Shown here one piece after another: positions 13,001 through 24,412 of a stretch of DNA of 64,000 nucleotides; position 1 is the first letter of the stretch; each line of letters starts with the position of its first letter. Source of the stretch: Cystobasidiomycetes sp. EMM_F5 (taxonomy: Eukaryota); the NCBI GenBank assembly GCA_051047955.1, contig JBPGPT010000002.1, forward strand, positions 1,116,001 to 1,180,000, written 5' to 3'. Under the pieces are notes generated by a model. The model searched no databases. It worked only from the letters and a program-made list of their open reading frames with translations, and was not told the DNA's origin. The position numbers were made by a program, and so were the translations under genes.

Positions 13001-13865
13001 TTTATACCGTATCCTTCGCAAGTCAAGTGACCGACCTGACACCGACGACAGACTGGATGCTGCTCGTCACACTTGATCTTTCTCCGTCTGTACCGTGTTA
13101 ATTTGCGCACGAAGACAGTAGGTACGTCACATAGGACAAAAGGCCGGATGCGAACGAATGCGGTTGGAAGAGGTTGCGCGTTATGCCAAATTGATCAGCA
13201 GCATCGTCGTTGAGGAATGAAAAGCGTTGTCGGTAAGAAAGACGCGTTTTACACGTCCGATAGCGTGTAAATTCCGGTTCACGGGTAGCAGCGTAGTTTG
13301 TCGCCCGTTACGCATGTCATACGGAATCCGGTACGATAAGCCAATCGTCCGTTTAGAGGAGATCACACCGTGGACGAGGCGTAATTGTCGTACGTGTCAC
13401 CCAAAAGTGCATACAGATTATGATTTAGGGTTTCCGAAGCGCCGGACGACCATTTTGCGATTTGTCATGAGTCGCAAGCCGTTGAGCGGGAGTTGGAGAC
13501 CGCGTTTGACGGAATGGAGGTCACATGGCGTATCAATGTGAACCGATGGCGACGAATGCAGATTTTTCGTTGGCGTTCGGATCAGCAGGACGAGGATAGG
13601 TATGGTCGATAAGTCAGTCAGCAAAGCCAGAATTAAGAAGGCGCAACTACGCTTACCGGCACGTCCAGCATCCAGATTTTGTACGCTGGCGCTTTTGTGT
13701 AGCAGGGGCTGCCTTCTTGACCTGATTTGGCGTCCCTCGCTTTACGTGCTCTGGGGACGGAGTTGAAGATGCGCTAGTCCTGCCGTTGACTCCATTCTTG
13801 CCGGATCTGGTCGTTGAAGCAGCAAATTGCTGCTTGTCTGAACCAGTTTCTGGTGTCGTGTTCAT
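10087..13865 (-). CDS. Zn(II)2Cys6 transcription factor with C-terminal fungal-specific TF domain (Fungal_trans_2-like)
   Basis: RTKSGCWTCR|RRKIKCDEQHPVCRRCQVGHLTCEGY across intron 13088-13656; C-terminal domain with FLVRLHVWYEVMANL, FRLAASIHL, IWAFFVAG and SWKDIALSRGWTLLLM*; 5 exons. Confidence 0.92.
13088..13656 (-). other. 569-nt intron inside the Zn2Cys6 motif, with a 5'-proximal branch-point consensus, a ~557-nt AG-free zone and tiled hairpins
   Basis: Donor GTAAGC at 13656 and acceptor TACAG at 13088 restore C-x2-C-x6-C. There is no CT on the + strand (no AG on the sense strand) from 13090 to 13646. GCTGACTGAC lies at 13622-13613. Confidence 0.88.
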
Positions 13866-14747
13866 GCGATTTCTTGGCTGCCTGGCCAATGTAGAGGATT
13901 ATCTTTGCGCGTGTGGACGTCGAGATAGCAGTTGTCGCAAACGAAAACAGCTTTAGGAGCTCCTGCGTTGCTTCGGCGATGGATGGCGACGGTTAGCGGG
14001 GAAAACTGGCGTTTGTTGTGAGATCCGACGCTGCGAATTCGTCTGGAATGCCCGCACAGAACGAGGGTTCTTCTGCTTCAGCCCAGCCGTCACAATGGAC
14101 GCTGTTGAGCGAACCCGGACGAGCGGACGAGTGCCAGGATCGGCCGGGATGTGTGAGACAGTCACTTCTCTGGCTGAAGGTGGCCACCTGATAGGGATGG
14201 CGTTGGAGCTTTCTTTTGTAGAAATAGAAAGGATTACGAGGGGAATGTGATATGAGATTCAATAGAAAGTCTTGCGTTGTAGTTCTTGATTGAAATATCC
14301 AGCAAAAGCACTAGCAATGCTGCTTTTTCGACAAAGAAAGCCGCAAAGCCGGCCAAACCGAGACTAACTGCCTCGTCCAAAGGTTGAACGGGTGTGCAAA
14401 TTTCTTTCGCCGAACGTAGTTCGATGGTTTGACGTTTCCGATACCGTTTGGGCGTCGGACGAGCTCCCGGCCCACTGATGGATGGCTATGGACGGCAGAG
14501 TCTGACTGTTGCAAGCTGCCCAGGCTGGACTCGCAGCACCCGAAGGCTGGCTGAGCCTGTGCAAGCCTCGCAGCCTGGCAAGCTGGGCGCACCTCGAGTT
14601 GTGTGCGAGCCAATGTATGTCTTTGTCTCTGATCATAACGTGGCCGTGTAAATGAATTCAGGTTGTCTTTACATCAATTGCCTGCGTTTTCTGAACATCC
14701 TAAGTCACTGCTGGCAGGCTTCTGGACTCATTATTACTCTCGCAATA

Positions 14748-15702
14748 ATGTGTGCGTCCCATAGTCCACGACGGCCTGAGCGACATCATTACGTCGCCAA
14801 ACATCACGTATCCCAAGATAACCTCTGACATTCTCGAAATGGCTCCATATCTCCACAGCTCGCCTTGGACTTGCCTCGAGGAGGTTAGGCAAGGAACTGA
14901 CGTCCCTGCGCGAAGCGTGTCCCGCCGGTTGCGCTCTCGTCAAAGCCGATGATTTGGAGACATGGTGTGTCGAGACTTGGGCGCACATGCCGTAAAAGAT
15001 ATTGGACGACGTGCGCTATGCACTAACGCTCTCCTGCAACCTAGGTTTATCTCCCTGGAACTGCTCGGAGAGTCAATATACGCCGGCGGTAAGCAGGGTC
15101 GTCGCATATGTGAATCGGCTCTTTGCAAGACTGAGCTCTTTCGGCTGGCCTAGAACGATATCTACTACGGTTCAGATTCGATAGCAAGTATCCCATGGAA
15201 GCGCCAGAAGTATTATTCGTAGTGTCAGATGAGTGGAAAGCCCCAGAACGTGAGTTTTCAGATTCATAGGACTTTAGTTATATACTGACCGCTTGTTTCC
15301 ACAGACCCACATGTGTACTCGTACGTCGGCAAGTGTATGTTCAGACGGCTCGCTGAATTTCATCGCTTCGCAGAAACGGGCACATATGCATGAGGTAAGC
15401 GGACTAAAGCGTGCATACCGCAATCACCTGACATTTACTGTGACCCTCTTCAGCCTTCTTGGCACTGGATGGACTCCCGTCCTGAACGTGGAGTCACTTT
15501 GCGTGTTTGTGCACTTCGCACCCTACTCAATGCCAGCCAATACTGATAACAAATTTCCATACTTCAACATTCCAGGAGCATCCAAAGTATGCTGGCCTCG
15601 TGCAAGAAGAAGGAGAGGCCGCAAGGCAACGATCGCTACGTCAAGACCGCGCCGCTGAGCCCAAAGAATACGAGATGGGACTATCATGACGATAATGTAT
15701 GA
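14748..15702 (+). CDS. UBE2W: Ubiquitin-conjugating enzyme E2 W (N-terminal ubiquitinating E2); 8 short exons
   Basis: Spliced: MSRLGLASRRLGKEL...RFRFDSKYPMEAPEV...HPHVYSNGHICMSLLGTGWTPVLNVESLCVSIQSMLASCKKKERPQGNDRYVKTAPLSPKNTRWDYHDDNV*. HPH instead of HPN, the catalytic Cys in NGHIC and the C-terminal WxYHDD are characteristic of UBE2W. Confidence 0.92.
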
Positions 15703-15898
15703 TTCCGTAGACATCGTCCATTCATAGCTGCAAGACTGCTCGTCAGAAGTCAGTGTACACCGTCCTTCGTACCATGTATCCGCTTCGGATGTTTCGCAAC
15801 AACTTGTCCATGTATCTCATCGCAACAACATGTATTCGTCTAAATATGGCACATCAAGGACACATCTACGTCCATGCACATCGTAAACACTACTGTAG

Positions 15899-18800
15899 TC
15901 AACGACTAAACATGCGATTGTACAATCCACCCAGCAGTGAAGACTGACTTTTGCCTTCGGATTGGCTGGACGAGACAGAGCTGCTTGCATCTGCATCCAC
16001 GCCCAACCAAGCATTGCTTGCAGCCGGCGGAGAGGCGCCTTTAGCACTGTTCTGTGAAGGCAGAGCGGCTACCTGATCCGTGTGCCGGTTATCATCGACA
16101 GAGACCGGAGCCGTATCCTCATTGATAGAGCTTGAATCAGACACGATCGTAGTCTTCAGGCTGACCGTTTCCAAATGGCCATCGGTGGCATTACCAGATG
16201 CATCAGCAGCTTCTGCCAAATCCTCTCCGTGATGATCTGCATCGACACTGTTTGTAGAAAGCCTCACGGGCGGTGCAAGCAGGTCGTCATCATCGTCGGA
16301 TGACTCCAGTTCGTCCAGATCATCAATGATGCTCGTGAAGGCATGTCTAGAGTGAGAGGCTCCAGCAAAGGAAGGCAACTCTATCGATTCGGAGTGCATC
16401 AATATCTCATCTGGTGTAGTTGCAGGTCGGTTACTCAAAAGCGCAATATGCCGCTCCAGTTCGTCGTCTATATCGTTCGCGTGTTGTTGCGCGACCGGAC
16501 TTACGGAAGAAGCAATATTCACTTCTTCTTGTTCTTCCACAGCGGTGGGCGGGACTGACTGTTCATCAGGACTGGTTTCTTCCAGTTCTGGTGGATCCTG
16601 CGGCAGTGTGGGTGTCGAGGCTACCGCTTCGGGTAGGTGCTCCCTACTTCCATCTTGCAGATGGTCCGCATTCTCATTTGGGACAGCTTGCTCTTCACGC
16701 TGTTCGGACTGCGCGTCATCAGCAGTCGAGCTGGTTTCTTGCATGGTCACTGAGACTGGAACCTCATCATGAACCAGTTGTCCGGGTTCGTTTGTGCCTA
16801 TCTCGTGTGTATACGACGTCGGTAATGGCACCGTATCGGTATGCTCGACCTGAGTCATTGCTGCCGGTGTTTCATCACTCTGCTGTCCATTGTCTCCTGT
16901 ACTATCAACACCTTGTTGATCTGACCTAGGCGCCTGTTCCGCCGGCGGAATAGGTGGCTCGCGATGATCGATGTCCTTGTCTGATGATTGTATGATCGCA
17001 GCGTTGTCTCTTGCGTCCTCCTCTACTTGATCGGCTATGGAATGTATGCTTGTTCTTGACCCGGCTGCTTGCGTCTTGACAAGGGGAAGCGCGCGCGGTA
17101 CTAAAGGGACGGACAAGCCTCCTGACCCGTTGTCGGACACTATTGGCGGGGAAGACAGAGCCTTGAAAAGTATAACCACCTCCGGTACCATCGTCCGCTT
17201 GCGCCGCTTGGGGAAGGTTGTTTCATCGACATCATCGTCGACATCCATCGTTGCAAACATGGCATATTCTGTATCGCTAGTTGAGCGAGATATATTGCTC
17301 TTCTTCCTTGATCCGGATTCTGCAGAGATTGAATCCGCTTCCTCTCTTGATCGTTTGAGATTTGCGACAGTGTCTGAAGTGGATCGCGCATCGTGCTGCG
17401 CCTGTAGACCGGGGACAAGCGGTACATCCCCGTCGGAGTCTTCAGAGTCGTCAAGCGGCTCGTACACGATCGTTACCGGATCCTCGTTCGTCCGAGAAGC
17501 GGATGCATCATTCCGAATCTCGCCGGTGGAAGTATCAGTTACGCTAGCAGACCTTGTGGCCTGTTGTCTGGCGGCCTTTTCGGCGGCCACTGCAGCCTTG
17601 TGCGCTGCGATCGACTGACCTGCCAAAGCACAACGAGCACGCTCCGCCTCCTCTGCAGCTCTAGCAAACTCGGCTGCTCGCTGCCTATCGATATCCTTCG
17701 CCTGCTTGCCCGTGACTGGTACAGGGTTGTTTGAATATAAGGCAGCGATATGCGAGTTGTTGCTCGATGAGCCAGCTCTTGCAGGAATCTTATTTGGCTT
17801 GCGCTTCTCTACAAACATTGTACGTAACGTAGCCGGCGCAAGAGGTTTCAGCCTCGTCTGTTCGACTGCAGTTGCGGCTGCCGTCTCTTCAGGAAGTGGT
17901 TCTTCGTCTAAGCCGTCAGGTGCGGTGCTCATATCCATGTCTATCTCCATATCCATCTCAGGGTCAGTATGACGGACTTGCTCGCCAGAAGCATTCCCAG
18001 CGGGACCCGATGTAGTATCAGTCGCAGTCTTGTTCGCTTCGCCAGGCAAGGGCCGTCGATCTATTATGGCATCCACAGCAGAGTCGACCTGCTTGGTCAC
18101 CTCGTCTGCTACAGCTTTCAGCACAACTCCAGCTGGTGCGCTGAGATCTGCCAGAGTAGGCAACACAGCCTTCTTTTTGTTCTTCAGGTAGTCGGGCACA
18201 ATATCGAAAATCGACGGTCGAGGTGGTTGGCGCTCAGGAGGCTGGGGAGGAGGTTCCGGAGTCAGAGATCTCGGGCGCGCCACGTAGGCTGGACTAGCGC
18301 GAGCACTGCTAGAAGCGCTGGTTGACTCATCGGGCCGCCTGTTCATGTCACCGGACAAGAGACGTTGAGATAGCTGCGACGTAGTAGCAATGTGACTGCG
18401 TGATGAGTCTGCTACTGCGTCGCTTGTAGAAGATGCAGGTGCAGAGACTGCCACGGGGCTTTGACTTGCCAGTCCTTCAATCGGAGATTGTGCAGCCATC
18501 TGCGCCTGCCTCCGAGCTCTTCTAGGATCTACCGGACGCTGTTGTACGTGCTCAATGTGTACACTGACCGGATCCACAGTCTGTGAAACGCTTGGAGCAG
18601 GCCCGCTAGATATTGATGCAGGAGTAAATTGTGGTCGAGCGGGTAGGGGATGCTGTAGATGTACCGTGGAAGGAACATCTTGCGACACTTTCTGCGGCAA
18701 GGACGGATGTCGTTGATGTCCATTTACATTGGTAGATTGCTTCTTCGGGGACTCCTTCGCCTCAGGCTTATTGATATCTCCGTTCGGTTTGTCATGAGCA

Positions 18801-19883
18801 TGTGTGCCGTTTGCAATTATGGTTGCAGCTTGAGTAGGCGGAGGGAGCAGTTCGATAGGCGGAAGTGAGTGCGAAGCGGCATCAAGATCGCGTATCGAGA
18901 AGGAGAGGTACTTTGTGTGCGTCAATGAAGCGAGCTTTCGCATGAGTTGTGAACGTTCTGCTCTTTGAAGTTCAAGTTGTGTAGCATCTTCTGGATGCGG
19001 AGCTGGAGATGTTGCTCTATCCACTGTGATATGCTTGGAAAGCGTGATTCCCTTCTTCGCGGCACTCTTTCGCAGAGCGTCGGAAAGCTGGGATAAATCT
19101 ACCATCTCAGGAGTGTTTTGTACAATTGCGGACTGGCTACCGGACTGAGACTGCAATTCCCCTTCTTCTAGCTGATCCGACATGTCCACATCTGCGTGAT
19201 CTTTGGCGGTTTCTGGGGTGATGTCCGGTTCGAACGCGACCTGAATGCCTTGATCCAGCTTGTCCAGACCAGTCGGAATGTCCGTTGATATGCTAACGTC
19301 CATCCCGGTCGCATGGCCAGACTTGTCGATATCGATATTGTCATTTGTCGAACGGTCGGCGGCGTCAGCAGCAATACTGCTGCACACATTGAGGATATCT
19401 TGGAGCTTCTCTTTGCTAGTGTCCCATAGCTTTGCTTTGCGTTGCAGCATACGGAGGCCGAGCGTAGGTTTCTCGTTTATTGTGGCATGAACCTGTACAA
19501 TCTGAGCGGCATCGTCCAGGTCTGCAGGGCGGGCGTGGTAATATGATTCCGCAAGGGATACGGACAGAGTATCAAGGTGAAACAATACCATCAGCCCATC
19601 TAAAAAGTCACATTCTCCAACAATACCTACCATGCTTGGTCAACCACAACACGACATCTTTACGCGACAGGGAGTATGAAACGCCGTCAGCTTGAGCGTG
19701 TCCATATCCTGACGCGCTGCCAGCCTCGGATCCAGCGTCAGAGTCTTCATCTCCATCTTCATTCTCGTCGGCGTCCGCGTCCAGCAGCTCGAGCACATCG
19801 CTCAGCACGGCGTCCATGGTCAGACTGGACGCCGCAGCAGCAGATGGCTCGCTGGCCTGCACGGCATCGACAAGTGCAGCCAT
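15899..19883 (-). CDS. Large hypothetical, mostly disordered acidic/S/P-rich protein (~1300 aa)
   Basis: A 3.7-kb open frame 15899-19633 plus an upstream exon (MAALVDAV...) joined through intron 19522-19630. No domain recognised; start uncertain. Confidence 0.7.
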
Positions 19884-20119
19884 ATCCTGCGTCAAATCAT
19901 GGTGGACTCTGCATCAAAAGCTGACCTTTTGAGTGACCCCGACATGCTCAAAAGGCAGTCAAATATACGTCTTTCAAACAGACAACATGGGCTAGTATGG
20001 TCTTGGACCTCTTTGCTTAATGGCAATGCTACATGTTCTACGCACCCAACGGCCGACTCAGAACCCACTAAACCCACATCATCGCTATACCAATAAATAA
20101 ACAGAGCACGTCGACTTGA

Positions 20120-21084
20120 TCACTTGCGTCGTTTCGGTTGTGGAAGATGACCCCATCGAATCTGAGAGTCTGTCGTGTCAGTCTTTGCGAGCGGGATGCC
20201 CGTCTTCTTGACATTCAGTAAGGCTGAATTGGGCGGCGCTTCGTGGTATTCAGACTCTAGGTTTCTCCTATTCCGCTGAGCGTGGACTTCGTTGTGATGA
20301 TCATCTTCGTCCTCGGGATGCTCGTGCACAATGGTCGGCACGCCGGCGGGCGGAGGCTTCGATCCACTCACACTGCCGCTCGCGCGTTGCTCGTCCTGAC
20401 CAAAGAAGCGATTGAAGCTTGTCCGGTTTGCGATATTCCGGAGATCGAATCGACGAGGCGGGAATTGCTCGCTCGGTCCAGTTCTATCGCTTCTTTCGGG
20501 ACTGCTTGCCGCAGCACTCTGCTTGCGTGCAATATCATTCTTGGCCGCCTTCACCGCATTGATGTCGACAGCGCGCACATTCAGGTCGGGATCTGCCTTT
20601 GCCTTGTCCCGTGTCTCCCGGTTCGGGTTTGCATCGACCACCTCGACGTCCTCTCCATTGTTGCGCTCGATAACCAAATGTCGTCCACTGATCCAAGCTT
20701 TGGCTGCATCGTCATCTACATCCCTGCGTTCTCTCCTACACCATGCATCTCTGGCGGCCTTTTCTTCGTTGGTCAGCTTGGACTGACCCCGTAGATAGGC
20801 TGGACGGGAGCCGAGACCCATGAAGCCCAGCATCGAGTTTTGTTTTGTTGGGGCAGTGGGGCGCGAGACAGGTTGGTCTGTTGCTGCCTGCTGGTCAATC
20901 TCCTTCTCTTTGCCCTTGACCTGGTGAGCAGCCTTTGCGCCGGTATCGGCAGAGAGCTTTTCTGAGGCTTGAATTTGTGCCTCATTGTGCGTCTCCTCAC
21001 GCGCTACCCGCTCGCTAGCCTGATGCAAGAGATCGTCAGACTGTCTTCTACTGTTCTCAGCGCTGTCCGGCGATACATCTTCCC

Positions 21085-21115
<31 letters not shown>

Positions 21116-23569
21116 TGCAGCTTCGTCTTCTGGACTGTCGCTAGTGAGACCAGCGCCGCGCTCAATCATCGAGGCAATTTCGGCCATACGGTGTCCTGGG
21201 AATCCGGGACCAGTAGCCGGACTACTCGCTTCGGCTGCAGACCTGTTCGATTCGTGTGATCCTGATCTTCGTCCTCGCTTGGTAGACCCATTCGCACTGC
21301 CAGCGGACCCGCGATGTCGAACTTCAACGTCCTCCCCATTGTTGTGCTCAATTACAATCTGGGCCAAGATTGTCAGCCAGTGTATTTACCAGGTTTACTT
21401 GCTGACTTACATCAGAACCTTCATCCCATTCTCCAGATCCTTCGCTATCGGAGCGGTCATGCCGCTCCTGTCGATGATCGTCTTTCAATAATCGAGACAT
21501 CTTCTTCTTTGCGTTTCGAGCTTTGCTATCACGTTGTCGAATACCACCGACCCGCGTTTCCTCGGAATCTCCTTGCGCTGAATCTGTGTTTGAATTCGCT
21601 GCCGATGAGGATTGCTGTGAGGGGTGCCTCGAGTAGTCTCTGGCAGAGACGTCGCCAATGTCCATGCCGGGGTCATCGATGGCAGAATCACCTCCTGCCT
21701 CGAGGTCGACATCCGGCCTGTGACGACGCTTCTCCGCCTGCTTCTCCGTCATCTCTGGCGAGTCATCGCGACCTTCGCGAGCATTCGTCGTGTCGCCAGC
21801 TCTCTTGACGCGAGACAGCCAACTCGGCTCGGCGTTCGAACCTTGCGTCCACGTCCGAGAGATGGAGTGTACTCGTCTACCGAGGTTGAAGAAGGGTATA
21901 GAAGAACCATGTACAATGATGGAACAGAGTACGAGAAAGTAGACTACTGGCTGTATAGCATAGGCAAGATAGTCGTTGCTGGTTTCGGGCGGGAAATTTG
22001 GCGTGGGCAACCTGGTCAACGCCAGCGTGCCAATAAAGATGGCACCGACACCCATCTGTGTATGCTCACTGTCAGTAGACGCCCAATCTTGTGCACAACA
22101 AGCTGGACATACCGGACCAAACCAGCCGGCAAAGACTGCCTCCCTGAAGGTCTTGATATCCGGAACCCATTTGTAGAGAAGCAAGATGGCAGGGAGTCGT
22201 CGGACGAGCAGTACAGCAATACCTAAAACCACCAATCGCCAGGGATAGATTGAAATTACAGGATTGTTGAAATCGCTAAATGGCATGGTGGCGCCGATAT
22301 AGATAAATGTTGCACAATTGACCAGTAGATCGAGAATGTTGGAGAAGTTTGAGTCCTCGATAGATTCGGAAAACCAATCGTCCCAAGCGAATGCGGCTCC
22401 GCATGCAAATGCGGCGAGAAGATCGTCCGAACCAGCCAAAGTGGTCACAGCCGTGGTGAAAAGAGCAAGAGAGACATACATGGCGACCATAGACTCTCTG
22501 TCGATGAGTGACCGTCTCTTTGAGAATTTGAGCACTTTGCGGGCAACGATGCCAGTCATAGCGCCGATGAAAACTCCCAGCAGGATCTGATACATGATGA
22601 CTAGCACTACCCACCATCCTATCGCTTGTCCAATTGAATGATCCTCCCTAAAAATGAGAAACATCGCCAGGTAGAGAAATGGAAAAGCTGCTCCGTCGTT
22701 GCACCCGGATTCGGCTTGGAGCAGATGTCGAATATGCGAGGGTACATGCTGCTGCGCAAACTTGCCCTTTCCGACAACTGACGCTGCCAAGATAGGGTCT
22801 GTCGGAGTGGCACACGCCGCAATGACGAGTGCACCCAAGAAATCAACGCCTGGGACCAGTCCGTAGACGAGCGCTCCTGTGATAAGCCATCCTGCAATCA
22901 TGTTTGGTACAATGATAATGAAGAGCGATTTCCAATGCCTCGCAACATAAGCTCTGGTAAATGGACAGAACTGCTCAGTCTCGAACCTCATCTAGCGCAT
23001 AAAAGGCTTAATCACCTGGGAAGTTCTACTCCAACCGCGAAAACGGACAGGGCCAGTACCACGCGTGTGAACTCGAGGGTGATGTCGTCGAAAGTCGGGT
23101 CACCCCATGTACGCGGATGTATGAGATTTGCAGCATATGGACCAAAGATGACACCGAATGCAGTGGCGACGATAGCTTCACCGATGTAGAGGCGTTCTTT
23201 GATGACGGCACTGGAGGCTTTAAGTCAGCAAGGCGCAAACAGCAAGTACATTAGACCCACCTGAACATGCCAAAGACGAGTACGAATGCTGTGAGCGAGA
23301 ATCGCAACCAGCGTCAGCGGTTCCCTCTTCGAAAGACTTGGCAGCACCCAGGCGTTTGCGACAATGCTACGAGACGAAGAAAAGTACTAACCTCCTAGCA
23401 GAGTGAATGTAAGATGCGGAATTGTGACCTGGCAATGCAGTTAATAGGATTGCCGGAGTCTGATAGTCGCTCGCAAATCCAACTCGATACTCACCTCTGG
23501 ACTGACGGCGTAGAGATGATGGGCCGCATCGTCCTCCGTGAGGCCATGGGTAGTCTCGATAGTCGTCAT
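20120..23569 (-). CDS. NHA1: Plasma-membrane Na+(K+)/H+ antiporter, Nha1/Sod2 family (CPA1)
   Basis: IKERLYIGEA, ACATPTDPILAASVVGKGKFA, AESGCNDGAAFPF, GSDDLLAAF, LVRRLPAIL, GWFGP|MGVGAIF and IIVHGSSIPFF, followed by a long hydrophilic C-tail. Confidence 0.95.
21085..21114. repeat. (CAT)10 microsatellite encoding a poly-Asp tract in the Nha1 tail
   Basis: Ten perfect CAT copies, read as D10 on the minus strand. Confidence 0.9.
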
Positions 23570-24412
23570 GGCGCAGTTTCCTCGCCGTTTGTGCCCGTAG
23601 ACTGCGGTTCTGAGCGTTCCAAACTATGTGGCTCGCCAGATATCAAGTGAGCCGGACAGCCAAGCGACGGGCCTTTCAAATGGCAGCCCTTCAGCCAGTG
23701 GGAGCCGTGTATTGTTCAGCCTCGAGCAGAACTTGGTCAGGCTGCATTCGTTGACAGTAGGTACTCTGCCAAAGTAGCAGACGCAAATCATACAAATGAC
23801 CGAGCGATCAGGCGTACTTTGGCCTGCGTCTGAGAATAAGTTACGACAAGCATGGAATACATTGAAGCATCGGATACAACGTGCACGAAGAGAAAGCCGG
23901 TACTTTGATATCTAAAAGCATGTTCGAAACTTGGGTTGGAGATGAAGCCAACTCCGCTGGTGGTAAAGCAATGCGGTAGTACCCCTCGAGGCCGCTCGAG
24001 CGTTGAATATCGAGTAAGAAGATATTGTAGACATGCAGTAAGTCTCAATCAGCATCAGCGAAAATCATCAGAAGGCAACAGCACAGTGTTCAAAAGTCAT
24101 TACGGATGATCCCGCCTGGGGCATCTATTGATTGGATAAATTGCAGAATGGAAGATGTATGTTGTACAAGGGCAGGCAGGAAACATTAGCAATCGGAGGG
24201 GGATATCCGACTTCCACCAAGCTCATGCGGGAAGGAGAGGTGTTTCGCTAGCCTGAGGGTGATATTGGGGATCTCGAAAGAAAGGACGAAAAGAGGGGAG
24301 GACTCTGCATCGACTATTGATATTACCGTATCCGCGTGTTGCAGGGTGAGATGTGCTGCAACACAGCAGAGTACACCGCAGCAGGATTTTGTATTCTGCG
24401 CTGGATAGTCGC

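Noticed and set aside
13088..13656. TPP riboswitch or C/D snoRNA inside the long TF intron
   Set aside because: The TPP aptamer needs CUGAGA, and the intron has no internal AG. I saw no clear RUGAUGA...CUGA box pair.
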